Below, in pieces: positions 42,593-53,549 of a stretch of DNA of 64,000 bases. The notes below the pieces were generated by a model, which made no database searches, was not told the DNA's origin, and saw only the letters and a list, made by a program, of their open reading frames with translations. Both the position numbers and the translations under genes were made by a program. This stretch comes from an uncultured Fibrobacterota bacterium (lineage in GTDB: Bacteria; Fibrobacterota; Chitinivibrionia; Chitinivibrionales; FEN-1185): NCBI GenBank assembly GCA_963753345.1, contig CAVWBU010000036.1:13477-77476 (forward strand). The letters run 5' to 3'. Numbering within the stretch: the stretch's first letter is position 1; every line of letters begins with the position of its first letter.

Positions 42593-43429
42593 GTGCCTTG
42601 GTTTATCAAGTCTAAGACTGCGGAAAAGCAGACCAAACCGGTCAAGGACGACATCTGGGTCAAGTGCGATTCCTGCAGCGCTCATGTTTTTAAGGAAGAC
42701 TGGTACAATTCCCTCAATGTCTGTCCCAAATGCGGATTTCACGGCAAGCTCACGGCGTATGAGCGCATCGGGCAGATCCTCGACATTGAGACGTTCAAAG
42801 AAATGTTCGCCTCAATAACTCCGTCCGACCCACTCTCCTTTGTGTATGCCAAGGGCAGTTACAAAGACAAGGTGAAAGAAACCCGCGATAAAACCGGGCT
42901 CAATGAATCGGTCGTGTGCGGCACGGGAGAAATCCATGAAATTCCCGTTTCGATAGCCGTAATGGATTTCCGGTTTTTCGGCGGCAGTCTGGGCAGCGGT
43001 ACCGGAGAAAAGATCCTGCTTGCCTCAAACTACGCATACGAGCACAAAATCCCGTACATCATTTTTTCCGCCTCAGGCGGCGCGCGCATGCACGAAGGGA
43101 TCCTTTCGCTCATGCAGATGGCCAAAACATGCGCCGGCATTGCACGGCTTCGCGAAAAGAAAATCCCCTACATTTCGGTCCTTACGGATCCGACGACGGG
43201 TGGCGTCGTTGCTAGTTATGCCATGGTAGGCGACATCAACATCGCGGAACCAGGTGCGCTGGTCGGCTTTGCCGGCAGGCGCGTGATAGAGCAAACCATA
43301 AAGCAGAAACTGCCCGAAAATTTTCAGACCTCAGAGTACTTTCTTGAGCATGGCTTCATCGACCTTATCGTTGAGCGCAAGAATCTTAAAGAAACCTTGA
43401 AAAACGTTCTCCTCTACTACACCCGGTAA
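42593..43429 (+). CDS. accD: Acetyl-CoA carboxylase carboxyltransferase beta (GTG start)
   Basis: WVKCDSC..CPKC zinc finger, SGGARMHEG, PTTGGV.AS, GFAGRRVIEQT. Confidence 0.96.
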   Translation: MPWFIKSKTAEKQTKPVKDDIWVKCDSCSAHVFKEDWYNSLNVCPKCGFHGKLTAYERIGQILDIETFKEMFASITPSDPLSFVYAKGSYKDKVKETRDKTGLNESVVCGTGEIHEIPVSIAVMDFRFFGGSLGSGTGEKILLASNYAYEHKIPYIIFSASGGARMHEGILSLMQMAKTCAGIARLREKKIPYISVLTDPTTGGVVASYAMVGDINIAEPGALVGFAGRRVIEQTIKQKLPENFQTSEYFLEHGFIDLIVERKNLKETLKNVLLYYTR

Positions 43430-43453
43430 AAGGTCCCAGCGGGGCAAATTCAT

Positions 43454-44404
43454 ATGAGCGATTATCTTGAATTTGAAAAGTCGATTGCCGAGATGGAGAA
43501 AATGATCGAGAAGCTCAAATCGATCTCTCCCGACGAGAATCATTACAGCGACGAAATCGCCGAGCTTGAGAAAAAATGCCTCCACCAGAAGCAGGAGCTA
43601 TACTCCAGCCTCACACCCTGGCAGACGGTCCAGATCGCAAGGCATCCAAAGCGTCCCGTGCTGCAGGATTACATTTCGCTTATTTTTTCAGATTTCATCG
43701 AGCTTCACGGGGACCGCTGTTTCGGCGACGACCAGGCGCTCATCGGCGGGTTCGCCACCATCGGCAAGCGCCGGGTGATGCTTGTCGGCCACAACAAGGG
43801 CAAGAACGTCGACGAAAACGTATTGCGCAATTTCGGCCAAGCAAAGCCCGAGGGATATCGCAAGGCGCTCCGTCTCATGAGGCTTGCCGAGAAGTTCAAT
43901 CTGCCCATACTTTGCTTTATCGACACGCAGGGCGCGTATCCAGGCGTCGACGCCGAAGAGCGCGGTCAGCCCGAAGCCATTGCCACCAACCTCACCGAAA
44001 TGGCGCGTCTCGAAGTGCCCATAATAGCCGTGGTCACCGGCGAAGGCGGCAGCGGCGGCGCGCTTGCCATCGGCGTGGGTGATTCGGTGCTCATGCTGTC
44101 GCATGCGGTGTATTCGGTGATTTCTCCCGAAGGGTGCGCATCCATTTTATGGCGCGATGCGTCATTTTCGCCCCAGGCCGCCGAGGCGATGAAGCCCACG
44201 GCCCAGTCGCTTCTGTCGCTGGGCGTGATAGACGAGATAATTCCTGAGCCCCTTGGAGGCGCCCACCGTAACCACGAACAGACCGGCCAGGAAATCAAGC
44301 GCGTGCTTCTCAAGCACCTCAAGAAACTGTGCGCCCAGTCTGCGTCGAGACTGGTGAGACACAGGTTCGAGAAATATTCAGCGATGGGATTGTTTGCAGA
44401 TTAG
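43454..44404 (+). CDS. accA: Acetyl-CoA carboxylase carboxyltransferase alpha
   Basis: ARHPKRP, ELHGDR, PEGYRKA, GEGGSGGA, YSVISPEGCASILW. Confidence 0.96.
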   Translation: MSDYLEFEKSIAEMEKMIEKLKSISPDENHYSDEIAELEKKCLHQKQELYSSLTPWQTVQIARHPKRPVLQDYISLIFSDFIELHGDRCFGDDQALIGGFATIGKRRVMLVGHNKGKNVDENVLRNFGQAKPEGYRKALRLMRLAEKFNLPILCFIDTQGAYPGVDAEERGQPEAIATNLTEMARLEVPIIAVVTGEGGSGGALAIGVGDSVLMLSHAVYSVISPEGCASILWRDASFSPQAAEAMKPTAQSLLSLGVIDEIIPEPLGGAHRNHEQTGQEIKRVLLKHLKKLCAQSASRLVRHRFEKYSAMGLFAD

Positions 44405-44431
44405 GTGCGCGTTTTTATGATCTGACCGCAA

Positions 44432-44545
44432 AATCACCACAGAGACACAGAGGCCACAGAGAAAACGAGAGCGAGAATCAAGAATGAAATTCACCAGGTG
44501 CACCGTTTTTTCAAGGCTTTCAACTTCCAACTCTCAACTTTGAAC
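44432..44545. repeat. Short tandem repeats between accA and carboxylase gene
   Basis: cacagag x3 (caccacagagacacagaggccacagag); tttcaac ttccaac tctcaac tttgaac at 44518-44545. Confidence 0.65.
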
Positions 44546-44603
44546 TCTTCTTCTCTCCACGGGGTGAAAGTATTTTAGTTTTTCAAACCAACAGGATACA
44601 ACC

Positions 44604-46595
44604 ATGGCCGCCATAAAAAAACTGACCATAGAAAACAAACTCCACAAGATCCCGCTGCGCATCACCGACACCACGCTGCGCGACGCGCACCAGTCGCTGT
44701 GGGCCACCCGCATGCGCACCGCGGATATCGAAAAAATCATCGACGTCATCGACAACGTCGGCTATTATTCGCTGGAATGCTGGGGCGGCGCGACGTTCGA
44801 CGTGTGCCTCCGTTTTCTCCGCGAGAACCCGTGGGAGCGTCTGAGGCTCATCAAGTCGAAGGCGAAGAAGACGCCGCTGCAGATGCTTCTGCGGGGGCAG
44901 AACCTTGTGGGATACCGCAACTACGCCGACGACGTCGTCGACCGGTTCGTGGCCCTTGCCTGCGAAAACGGCATGGATATCTTCCGCGTGTTCGACGCGC
45001 TTAACGACACGCGCAACATCGAAGCAGCAGTGAGGGCGGTCAAGAAACACGGCGGTCACGCGCAGGGGACGCTGTGCTACACCATAAGCCCGGTGCACAC
45101 CATCAAGAAATTCGTGTCGTACGCGCGCGAGCAGAAACAGCTCGGCGTGGATTCGATTTGCATCAAGGACATGGCGGGAATTCTTTCGCCCATCATGGCC
45201 GAGCGGCTCGTGAGCGCGCTTATCAAGGAGCTTGAAATACCCATCCAGCTCCATTGCCATGCCAGTTCCGGCATGGCGATCTCCAGCTACGTTGAAGGCG
45301 TCCGCGCCGGCGCGGGCGCGATCGACTGCGCCATTGCCGCAATGGCCGGAACCAGCAGCCAACCGCCTGTTGAGACCATGGCCGCCATTTTTTCGGAGAC
45401 CGACTATCACGCCGATCTCAACCGTGATGCCATGCTCCGCGTGCACCGGTACTTTGCCGACCTGTACGCTCAGCGCAACACCGACACGTCGCTCGTGTTC
45501 TGCATCGACCCCCAGATCCTCATCCACCAGATCCCGGGCGGCATGATCTCGAACTTCCGCTCCCAGCTCGCGAAGCAGAATGCGCTTGACAAACTGGAGG
45601 ACGCGCTCACGGAAGTCACGCGCGTGCGCGAGGACCTCGGATGGCCGCCGCTCGTGACGCCCACGAGCCAGATCGTGGGGACACAGGCGGTGATGAACGT
45701 GCTTTCCGGCGAGCGATACAAGATCGTCCCCAACGAGGTGAAGGACTATTTCCGCGGCCTGTACGGCCGCGCGCCGGCAAACGTGAACCCGGAACTGGCA
45801 AAGAAGATCCTCGGCGACGAGAAGCCCATCACCGTGCGGCCCGGCGACACCATCGCTCCCATGCTGCCCAAGGCGACCGAGGGAATAGATCCCAAGTACA
45901 TCAAGAACGAGGAAGACATTATTTCGTACTGCATTCTTCCCGAGCCGAGCCTTGAGTATTTCAAGTGGCGCGACATGCCGCCGGACAAGCGTCCCGAAAC
46001 GCCGGCGGACCTGGAGCTTAAGAAACTGAGCGCTGCCGCAGAAAAGAAAACCGCGGTGACAACGGAGAAGAAAGAGGAGGCTCCTTTCCTCGACCAGATA
46101 CTGCACCCCGAAGATTACCGCGGACTCGGCGAACTCCTCAACAGGGCCGGAGGGCTTCGGCTTGACGAATTGACAGTTAAGAAAGGCGATTTTTCCCTGT
46201 CGCTCAGATCGGACACCACGAGAATGCCTGTAATTCCCAAACCGGTTCCAACTGCCGCTCCCGGGGAGGCTTCTACAAAAAAAGAGGGCAAACCGGCAGA
46301 AGCCGGACCCGCGGCCGCAAAGGAAGAAAAGAGCGCGCCGATCCCAACGGTTGGACCGTCGATCAAGGCGCCTCTGGTCGGCGCGTTCTATTCCACGTCC
46401 GGACCGGGCAAGCCGAAGCTTGTGAACGTGGGAGACGTGGTGGAGGCCGGGACCAAGGTGTGCATCGTGGAGGCCATGAAGCTGTTCAACGAGATAGTTG
46501 CCCCTGTCAGGTGCAAGATCCTTCAGTTCCTCGTGGAGGACGGGACCACGGTGGAAAAGAACCAGCCGCTGATTGCCATAGAAGAATTAAAGTAA
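44604..46595 (+). CDS. Pyruvate/oxaloacetate carboxyltransferase (PycB/OadA/5S-like) fused to AccB-type biotin carboxyl carrier
   Basis: RDAHQSL, WGGATFD, IKDMAG, HCH, PPLVTPTSQIVG; C-terminal APLVGAFY..EAMKLFNEI. Confidence 0.9.
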   Translation: MAAIKKLTIENKLHKIPLRITDTTLRDAHQSLWATRMRTADIEKIIDVIDNVGYYSLECWGGATFDVCLRFLRENPWERLRLIKSKAKKTPLQMLLRGQNLVGYRNYADDVVDRFVALACENGMDIFRVFDALNDTRNIEAAVRAVKKHGGHAQGTLCYTISPVHTIKKFVSYAREQKQLGVDSICIKDMAGILSPIMAERLVSALIKELEIPIQLHCHASSGMAISSYVEGVRAGAGAIDCAIAAMAGTSSQPPVETMAAIFSETDYHADLNRDAMLRVHRYFADLYAQRNTDTSLVFCIDPQILIHQIPGGMISNFRSQLAKQNALDKLEDALTEVTRVREDLGWPPLVTPTSQIVGTQAVMNVLSGERYKIVPNEVKDYFRGLYGRAPANVNPELAKKILGDEKPITVRPGDTIAPMLPKATEGIDPKYIKNEEDIISYCILPEPSLEYFKWRDMPPDKRPETPADLELKKLSAAAEKKTAVTTEKKEEAPFLDQILHPEDYRGLGELLNRAGGLRLDELTVKKGDFSLSLRSDTTRMPVIPKPVPTAAPGEASTKKEGKPAEAGPAAAKEEKSAPIPTVGPSIKAPLVGAFYSTSGPGKPKLVNVGDVVEAGTKVCIVEAMKLFNEIVAPVRCKILQFLVEDGTTVEKNQPLIAIEELK

Positions 46596-46610
46596 GACTA
46601 CGAAAAAGAT

Positions 46611-47105
46611 GGGCGTTCCCCCGGCTGTGCAGAGGCGTAGCGCGCTACGCCTCTGCACAGCCGGGGTCGGTCTCCCTACGGGCTCGGCTATTCGCCTCGT
46701 TGCCGGACCGCCCCTAGTCGCCTTCGGCGAGGGGTCGGCCGGCAATGCGCTCTGGCGCACCCTCCGGTCCCCCTAACGCGGCGGCAACGGAATTCATTTC
46801 AGTCAATTACTTCTTCTTGCGCCAATTGGTATCCACCTAGTCAACGTTATTTCTTCTCAACTCCTCAACTTCTCAACCTCTCAACTAATCTTCTTGGTGC
46901 CCCCGCGACCAAGGTTTCTTTCTTGCAAATTTACTCTCTAGGGGGCTACCCAAGAGAGGAAAGCGCCCGCCCAACAGGAAGGGCGGAAAGCGCTGCCGAG
47001 GACCGCGAAGAGGGCCGAGGCCGGGGGAGACGACCCTTGGAAGTATGCCCCTTCGGGCATCCCTGAAGAGGGACCCGACGGGGTATACCTCTCCCCCGAC
47101 AAATC
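46611..47105 (-). repeat. Composite structured intergenic element (modules A + 8-mer array + B), inverted copy
   Basis: Reverse complement aligns with 59961-60381 and 62735-63152; includes perfect 48-bp palindrome 46619-46666. Confidence 0.85.
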
Positions 47106-47290
47106 TTTTGATGTAATAGCAACCCTGCCTGCCGGAATTGTTGATTTTTCGCCCCCGACAGAGTAATTTTTAAGCGTTTTAGGGGGGTAATCAAATCCTC
47201 GATTTGTGGGACGGCGCAACCAGACGTAAATGATTGCGGCGGTATGTGTTGACTACTGCGACATCACATGAGTCGGAAGCCTGGAAAACC

Positions 47291-49262
47291 ATGATATCGT
47301 CATCAATAAAAACTCGGGTGGGGCTGCGCCGGGGTGTCGGCAAGAATGCAGAGCCTTCAGTCACCCAACGAACTTGTACCGCTCTGGCTTTTTTCCTTCT
47401 CGCTGCGGCGCTGTTTGCCGGCAGCAGTGCGCAATCTCCCGACGAGCCCATCATAACTCCTTTTGGCCAGACGGGGCTCAAGTACACCGAAAGCGCGAAA
47501 ACGCTCGGCGCCGGGAGGCTGGTTTTTTCGGCGTTCGGCGATATGAGCCTTGACGCTTCGGAAATAGATTATGTCAATATCAACAACCTCAGCGTCGACC
47601 GAGGACTAACGCCCAAAAGCAACCAGTACTCCCTTATGCCCGCGTTGGGGTTGGGCATTACCCGCATCCTGGATTTTTCCGCCGCCCTTCCATTGAACAT
47701 CGACTGGACGTCACGGTACGCGGATACAATTTTCGGTCATGTGGAAGGTTACGGAGGTCTGCAGGGCGGCATCGGCGATCTGGAAATGAAGCTCAAACTG
47801 CAGGTGCCTCCGCGCAACGGCCCGCGTGTTGTCGATATGGCGCTGCTGGCGGGAATGAGCGTGCCCACGGGCAGCAAGACACAGGGATTTTTTCCCCGCC
47901 ACACTTACTACCTTCTTAAGGATTCCTTGTTGACGAACACGCCCAGCGGCGACACCGCGCAGGCCATTTCGGAATATTATTCGTCGGGCGCCGTGGAAAC
48001 CGAAGGGAAAATCATCCTTACCTTCAACTGCTGGGAACACGGCGCCGTGATTCCGCTCCAATTGCATCTCAATCTCGGGACCCGGCTCATTTTGGCGCGC
48101 GGATTCGATGAAGTCATCCTTTTTGATGCCGCAGCCGAATACAGGCCCGCGCCGTGGTTTTCACTGTATGCGGAATTGAGCGCGGAACCGAGGCTGGGCA
48201 GCATCACAAACGGATTCAAAATCGGCGAACGACCCGCTCAGGATTTCTCCGGGTTTCACCATGCACCTCCCGGAAGGCATGTTTATCTCGTTGGGCGGCG
48301 ACTGGGGACTTTCCTCGCACGATCCCATCACCTACGAAAAGGACGGCTCCTTCACCGAGGCGCGGCTGCAGCCCGATTGGATGGTGAGCGTGGCGGTGGG
48401 ATGGACCGGGTTCCTTTACAAGGTTGAACCCGGGAAGAAAGTGGTAAAGAGCGGCGACAGCGACAACGACGGAATCCCGGATTCAATTGACAAATGCCCC
48501 ATGGTTCCCGAGGACTGGGACGGGTTTGAAGACCAGGACGGGTGTCCGGATTACGACAACGACAAGGACGGCATCGCCGACTCCGTCGACGAGTGCCCCG
48601 ACGATCCCGAGGATTACGACGGGTTCAAGGACAAGGACGGATGTCCGGACCCGGACAACGATAGGGACGGCATCTGCGATCCTTGGGTCGCCGACCAGCA
48701 CCGCGAGGACCAGTATGCAAAGATCTGCACGGGCGTTGACAAATGCCCCAACCTGCCTGAGGATTTCGACGGGTTTGAAGACCAGGACGGTTGCCCGGAC
48801 TACGACAACGACCTTGACGGCGTTCCCGACAGCCTCGACAGGTGCCCCAACGAACCCGGCCCTGCCGACAACCAGGGATGCCCCAAGCCAGTGGAGGCTC
48901 CGAAGGTAAAAGAGATCAAACACGGCAGGCTTATTCTCAAAGGCGTCGAATTCAAGGGAACCTCCGCCGATCTTACGGCAGAGTCCTTTCAGAAACTCGA
49001 CGACGTTTTCGAATCGCTCAAAGCGTATCCGGGAACAAAGATTGAGATTTGCGGTTACACCGACAACACCGGCAACCCGGCCGCCAACAAAAAGATTTCG
49101 CTGCGCCGCGCCGAAACCGTCCGGGCCTACCTTATTCTGCGCGGGATAGATTCCTCCCGCATCACCGCCGTAGGCAAGGGCCCGGAGGATCCGATCACCA
49201 ACAATACGACCCCCGAGGGCCGCGCGTTCAACCGTCGTATCGAAATGAAGCGCATCGACTGA
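47291..49262 (+). CDS. OmpA-family protein: beta-barrel, TSP3 repeats, OmpA domain (+1 frameshift near 48228; start uncertain)
   Basis: Two ORFs join to match the downstream paralog (DPLRISPG vs DPLSLTPG); DxDxDG repeats; GYTDN, RRAETV, NRRIE. Confidence 0.85.
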
Positions 49263-49312
49263 CGCAGGGATTCGGTGCGGCCGCGATCGTTAGTACAACA
49301 GGGAACAATGCG

Positions 49313-51214
49313 ATGAACCTGGCCGGGAGAATCCGTTTGTGTTTCGTGTTGTGGTGGTGCGCCTGCGCCGCGTCGCACGCGACCGACAACACCGACGGCC
49401 TGGACGGCGTGGTGCGCGTCCAGTCGGCAAAGACCCTCGGCCGCGCGAAAATGAACGTGGGGCTGGGCGTGGAGTTCCAGCAGTCCTCCGATTATGTAAA
49501 GGGCCCCACCTGGGATATCACGCGTATTGAGCCCCACGACACGACATTGACAAACGTGATACAGGACCCGGCCAAGATCATTTCCGGCAATTTCTTCCTG
49601 TCCATGGGACTGCTTGATTTCTGGGACCTTGCCGCGTCCCTGCCGCTGTACTACGACTGGAGCGGGTTCGGGCCGTACGACGCCGGGCTCGGCGACGTCG
49701 AGGTGATCTCCAAGTTCATGATGCCGCCGGTCTCGTTCAACAAGCTGTTCTACGAGGCTGTTATCATTGCGGCGACTCTCCCCACCGGCATGAAAGGCAA
49801 CGGCCTCTTTCCGCGCCATCTGCACTTTGCCGCCGACGCCGACACCAATCCTGCCAAGGATTTCTACACGGTCGGCTACGCCACCGTGAAACCGATGCTG
49901 GCGCTCACTCTCGATCTTGGAAAGCGGCACGTGCCGCTGCAGATCCACGCCAATCTCGGCGGCGTTTTCGCGGAAGTCAACACGGAGAATACGGTCGTGG
50001 GCGGGCTGGCCGTTGAATACACGCCGGCCGAATTCGTCACGCTTTTTGCCGAGATCACTGCGGAATCCCGCTGGAGCAACATTTCGTCCGGGTACGACAT
50101 CCGGAAGGACCCGCTGTCGCTCACTCCCGGGATAAGGATCAGCGCGCCCAACGGACTTTACTTCTTTTTGACCGGGGATTTCAGCCTTTCGTCGAAGGAC
50201 GACCGGTACCGGTACAACTGGGACAAAAAGGGATACAACTATTCCACCGGGATCCAGCCGGACTTCGGCGTGCAGTTCACGTTCGGATGGTCCGGGTTCG
50301 TGACAACGCAGGACCGGGACCACGACGGCGTTCCCGACAACGTGGACCGCTGTCCCGACGATTCCGGGCCGGCGGCGAACAACGGCTGTCCCGACCCGGA
50401 CAACGACAAGGACGGCGTCTGCGATCCGTGGGTCTCCCAGAAACACCAGGAAAGCAAGTACGCCGACGTGTGCAAAGGCATTGACAAATGTCCAACACAG
50501 CCCGAAGACATGGACGGGTTTCAGGACGAGGACGGCTGTCCCGACTTCGACAACGACGGCGACGGTAACCCCGATCTCAAGGACCAGTGCCCGAACGAAC
50601 CCGAGGACTTTGACGGGTTTCAGGACGAGGACGGCTGCCCCGACCGCGACAACGACCACGACGGTATCCCCGATATTGTTGACAAATGCCCCAACGAGCC
50701 GGAAGACATCGACGGCTTCGAGGACGAGGACGGCTGTCCCGATTACGACAACGACCACGACGGCATTCCCGACCTCATGGACAAGTGCCCCAATGTTGCG
50801 GGCCCGGCCTCAAACAACGGCTGCCCCGATACCACGCCTCCTCCCAAGCCGCCAAGGAAGGAACCGGATTTTCCGAAACAGCAAGTACTGCGCGGCGTCA
50901 CCTTCCAGGGAAGTACGGCCGAGCTCACGTTCGAATCCCTGCAATGGCTCGACGCCGTTGCCAGGACCATGAAGGAGTTTCCTGAGATCGAGATTGAAGT
51001 GCACTGCTATACCGACGGCTTGGGAAAATACGCGACGGTTATGCAGATCACCCAGATGCGCGCGGAGGCGGTGCGGCAGTACATCATCAATCAGGGCATA
51101 GACCCCGGCCGCGTGCGGGCCGTGGGATACGGGTCGGCAAGCCCCATTGCCGACAACAGGACCGCAGCGGGAAGGGCGCTCAACCGCAGAGTGGAAATCG
51201 TTCGCACCAGGTAA
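49313..51214 (+). CDS. OmpA-family protein with TSP3 repeats (tandem paralog)
   Basis: Signal peptide, SAKTLG, repeated DxDxDG.PD..DKCP, GRALNRRVEI. Confidence 0.9.
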   Translation: MNLAGRIRLCFVLWWCACAASHATDNTDGLDGVVRVQSAKTLGRAKMNVGLGVEFQQSSDYVKGPTWDITRIEPHDTTLTNVIQDPAKIISGNFFLSMGLLDFWDLAASLPLYYDWSGFGPYDAGLGDVEVISKFMMPPVSFNKLFYEAVIIAATLPTGMKGNGLFPRHLHFAADADTNPAKDFYTVGYATVKPMLALTLDLGKRHVPLQIHANLGGVFAEVNTENTVVGGLAVEYTPAEFVTLFAEITAESRWSNISSGYDIRKDPLSLTPGIRISAPNGLYFFLTGDFSLSSKDDRYRYNWDKKGYNYSTGIQPDFGVQFTFGWSGFVTTQDRDHDGVPDNVDRCPDDSGPAANNGCPDPDNDKDGVCDPWVSQKHQESKYADVCKGIDKCPTQPEDMDGFQDEDGCPDFDNDGDGNPDLKDQCPNEPEDFDGFQDEDGCPDRDNDHDGIPDIVDKCPNEPEDIDGFEDEDGCPDYDNDHDGIPDLMDKCPNVAGPASNNGCPDTTPPPKPPRKEPDFPKQQVLRGVTFQGSTAELTFESLQWLDAVARTMKEFPEIEIEVHCYTDGLGKYATVMQITQMRAEAVRQYIINQGIDPGRVRAVGYGSASPIADNRTAAGRALNRRVEIVRTR

Positions 51215-51277
51215 ACTCTCGGGGGCCCGGTCCGCGCACCCTTGTCCCATTGCAACCCTACGGGATTGTTTCCCTTC

Positions 51278-53549
51278 ATGAAGTCATTGTTTTCATTAGT
51301 CAACAAATGCCGCGCGCCGGCCGCACGGGCGGTCTCCTGCGCGGCGATCGCAGCCGCGTGCGCATCTGGTTCGTCCTCCGCGGCGGTCCTTCGCAAGAGC
51401 CTTGCCGATCTCGCCGAAAAAGACACCGTGTGCAAGGTGTGGGTCATATTTACGGATAAGACCGGTTTTGTCGGCGCGGCATCGGTGACGCGCGATGCGC
51501 AGCGGCGGCGGCAGCGCGCCGGCATCGGCGGGACGACCTGGGCAGACGTTCCGGTTCCGCAAGAACGCATACGTGACGTCGAGCGGATCGGCGGAAGGTG
51601 CGCGAACATCTTCAAGTGGGCCGATGCGGCGAGTTTTGTCGTTCCTTCGTCGCGTCTTGCCGAACTTGCGCGGCAGCCATATGTGCGCGACCTGGTGCCG
51701 GTGCGGACGTTCGCATCTGAAAAGAAGCAGGTGCCGCGGGCGGGCCTCGGGAAATCCCGCTCGGCCGCCGATCTCCTGTACGGATGCGCCTTAACGCAGC
51801 TTTCCGTTCTGAATGTCCCTCCGGCGCACCGTTACATCCGGGAAACGGCGGGCGCGCCGCCGGGCCAGGGCGTGCTCATCGGCATGTTCGACAGCGGGTT
51901 CAGGTTTACCCACCCGTGCCTGAAACGCCTGGTGAGCGACCACCGGGTCGTGGCCGACAGCGATTTCGTCGATCATGACACCACCGTGGAAGACCCGGAT
52001 TCCGTGGTCGATAACCCGCTGAATCTCTATTGGCACAACGACGAGCACGGCACCGAAACGCTGTCGCTCATCGCCGGGTACGACTCCTCGCGTTTCACCG
52101 GCGACGCGTATGCCGCGCGGTTCGTTCTCGCGCGCACCGAGGATTCCCCGGTCGAACATCACGTCGAAGAGGACAACTGGGCCGCAGCAATGGTCTGGGC
52201 CGAAAGCCTCGGTGTGAGCATCGTGAGCAGCTCGCTGGGGTACAACACGGGCTTTACGCCGCCCGACACCGATTACACGTTTCAGGATATGAATGGAAAC
52301 ACCACCATCATATCGAAGGCTGCGCGGCAGGCGGTCGCCTTCGGCATGATCATCGTCAATGCCATGGGCAACGACGACCCCTTTCTGGTCGCGCCCGCCG
52401 ACGTGGACGGGGTGGTGTCGGTGGGTGCGATTGACACCAACTTGACAATAGCGAGTTTTTCCGACCGGGGTCCCACGGCCGACGGCCGCATCAAGCCCGA
52501 CTGCGTCGCGCCGGGAGTCCTCGATGCGGTGCCGGCAGTGTACGATCCGTACGGCGGCTACACCGCGGGAAGCGGGACCTCGTTTTCAACCCCGCTCGTG
52601 GCGGGCGTGTGCGCGCTGATCCTTCAGGTCGACAACGGTTCCTCCGCCGCTGCGGTCAGGCAGCGGCTGTATTCGTCCTGTTTTTACGTTCCCGGACAGG
52701 ACACCATGAACAACACGTACGGCCGCGGCGTGCCCGACGCCCTGCTTGCCGTGCTTCCCGATTCCCAGGGCTATATCACGGTGGCCGATTCATTCGGACA
52801 GGCGGTGGCGGGCGCAACGGCGCGCACCACCGGCGGGCACCGTCGCCGGAACGAGCGACAGCTCTGGATACGCAATTGTCAACATAGCCGGGCCGTTTCC
52901 GGAGACGCTCGTGGTGAGCCACCCTTCGCATATACCGGCGCAGGCGGCCATACCCTCGCGTCATTCGAGGATGAGGGTCCTTCTCGCCGACCGATACGTG
53001 CTGCGCGTCGTTCTGCGCGATTCGACCGATGCCGCGGCCGTGACCGGCACGGTGTTCTGGAGGACAACGGGCGCCGCCGCGTTCGTTGCGCAGAAGACCG
53101 ACTCCCTCGGCGTCGCCCTGATCACGGCGGCGCAATCGCCCGACGTGGACTTCTACGGCGAGGGGCCGGGGTATTTCGGCTCGGCAACGGTTCACCTGAC
53201 CATGACGGCGGGCGTCACCGCGAGCGATACGCTCCGTCTCGGGCCGAGGACCGCTTCACAATTCGTCATCTATCCCAACGTGCTCAATATCGCCACGAAA
53301 CATCAGCGCCTCACCTTCGAATTCACGTCCTCTCCGGACAATCCGCGCGCGTACTCGCAGGTATTTTCGGCCGCGATCCGGTCCATCGACGGCACGCTTA
53401 TCTGGAAGTTCAGCAAAGTGCTTGCGGAGCAGACGCCCCTCGTGCTCACGTGGCCCGACGCGGGCGCAACCGTGGCCCCGGGCGTGTATTACTTCGTGGT
53501 GATGTACGGCGGGAAGGTTTACAAAAAGAAGTTCCTGGTCATTGGATGA
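51278..53549 (+). CDS. Secreted S8 subtilisin-like peptidase with C-terminal Ig/secretion domains (+1 frameshift near 52830)
   Basis: Catalytic GMFDSG, HGT, GTSFSTPLVAG; continuation in ORF 52746..53549 ending IYPN..PGVYY..KKFLVIG. Confidence 0.85.

Noticed and set aside
44604-46595. Plain Na+-pumping oxaloacetate decarboxylase alpha or pyruvate carboxylase B call
   Set aside because: No oadB/oadG or pycA nearby, and the biotin domain looks AccB-type; it remains possible if partners lie outside the window.
48220-48260. Programmed frameshift or phase variation in the OmpA gene
   Set aside because: No homopolymer tract or slippery heptamer; same +1 pattern as three unrelated genes.
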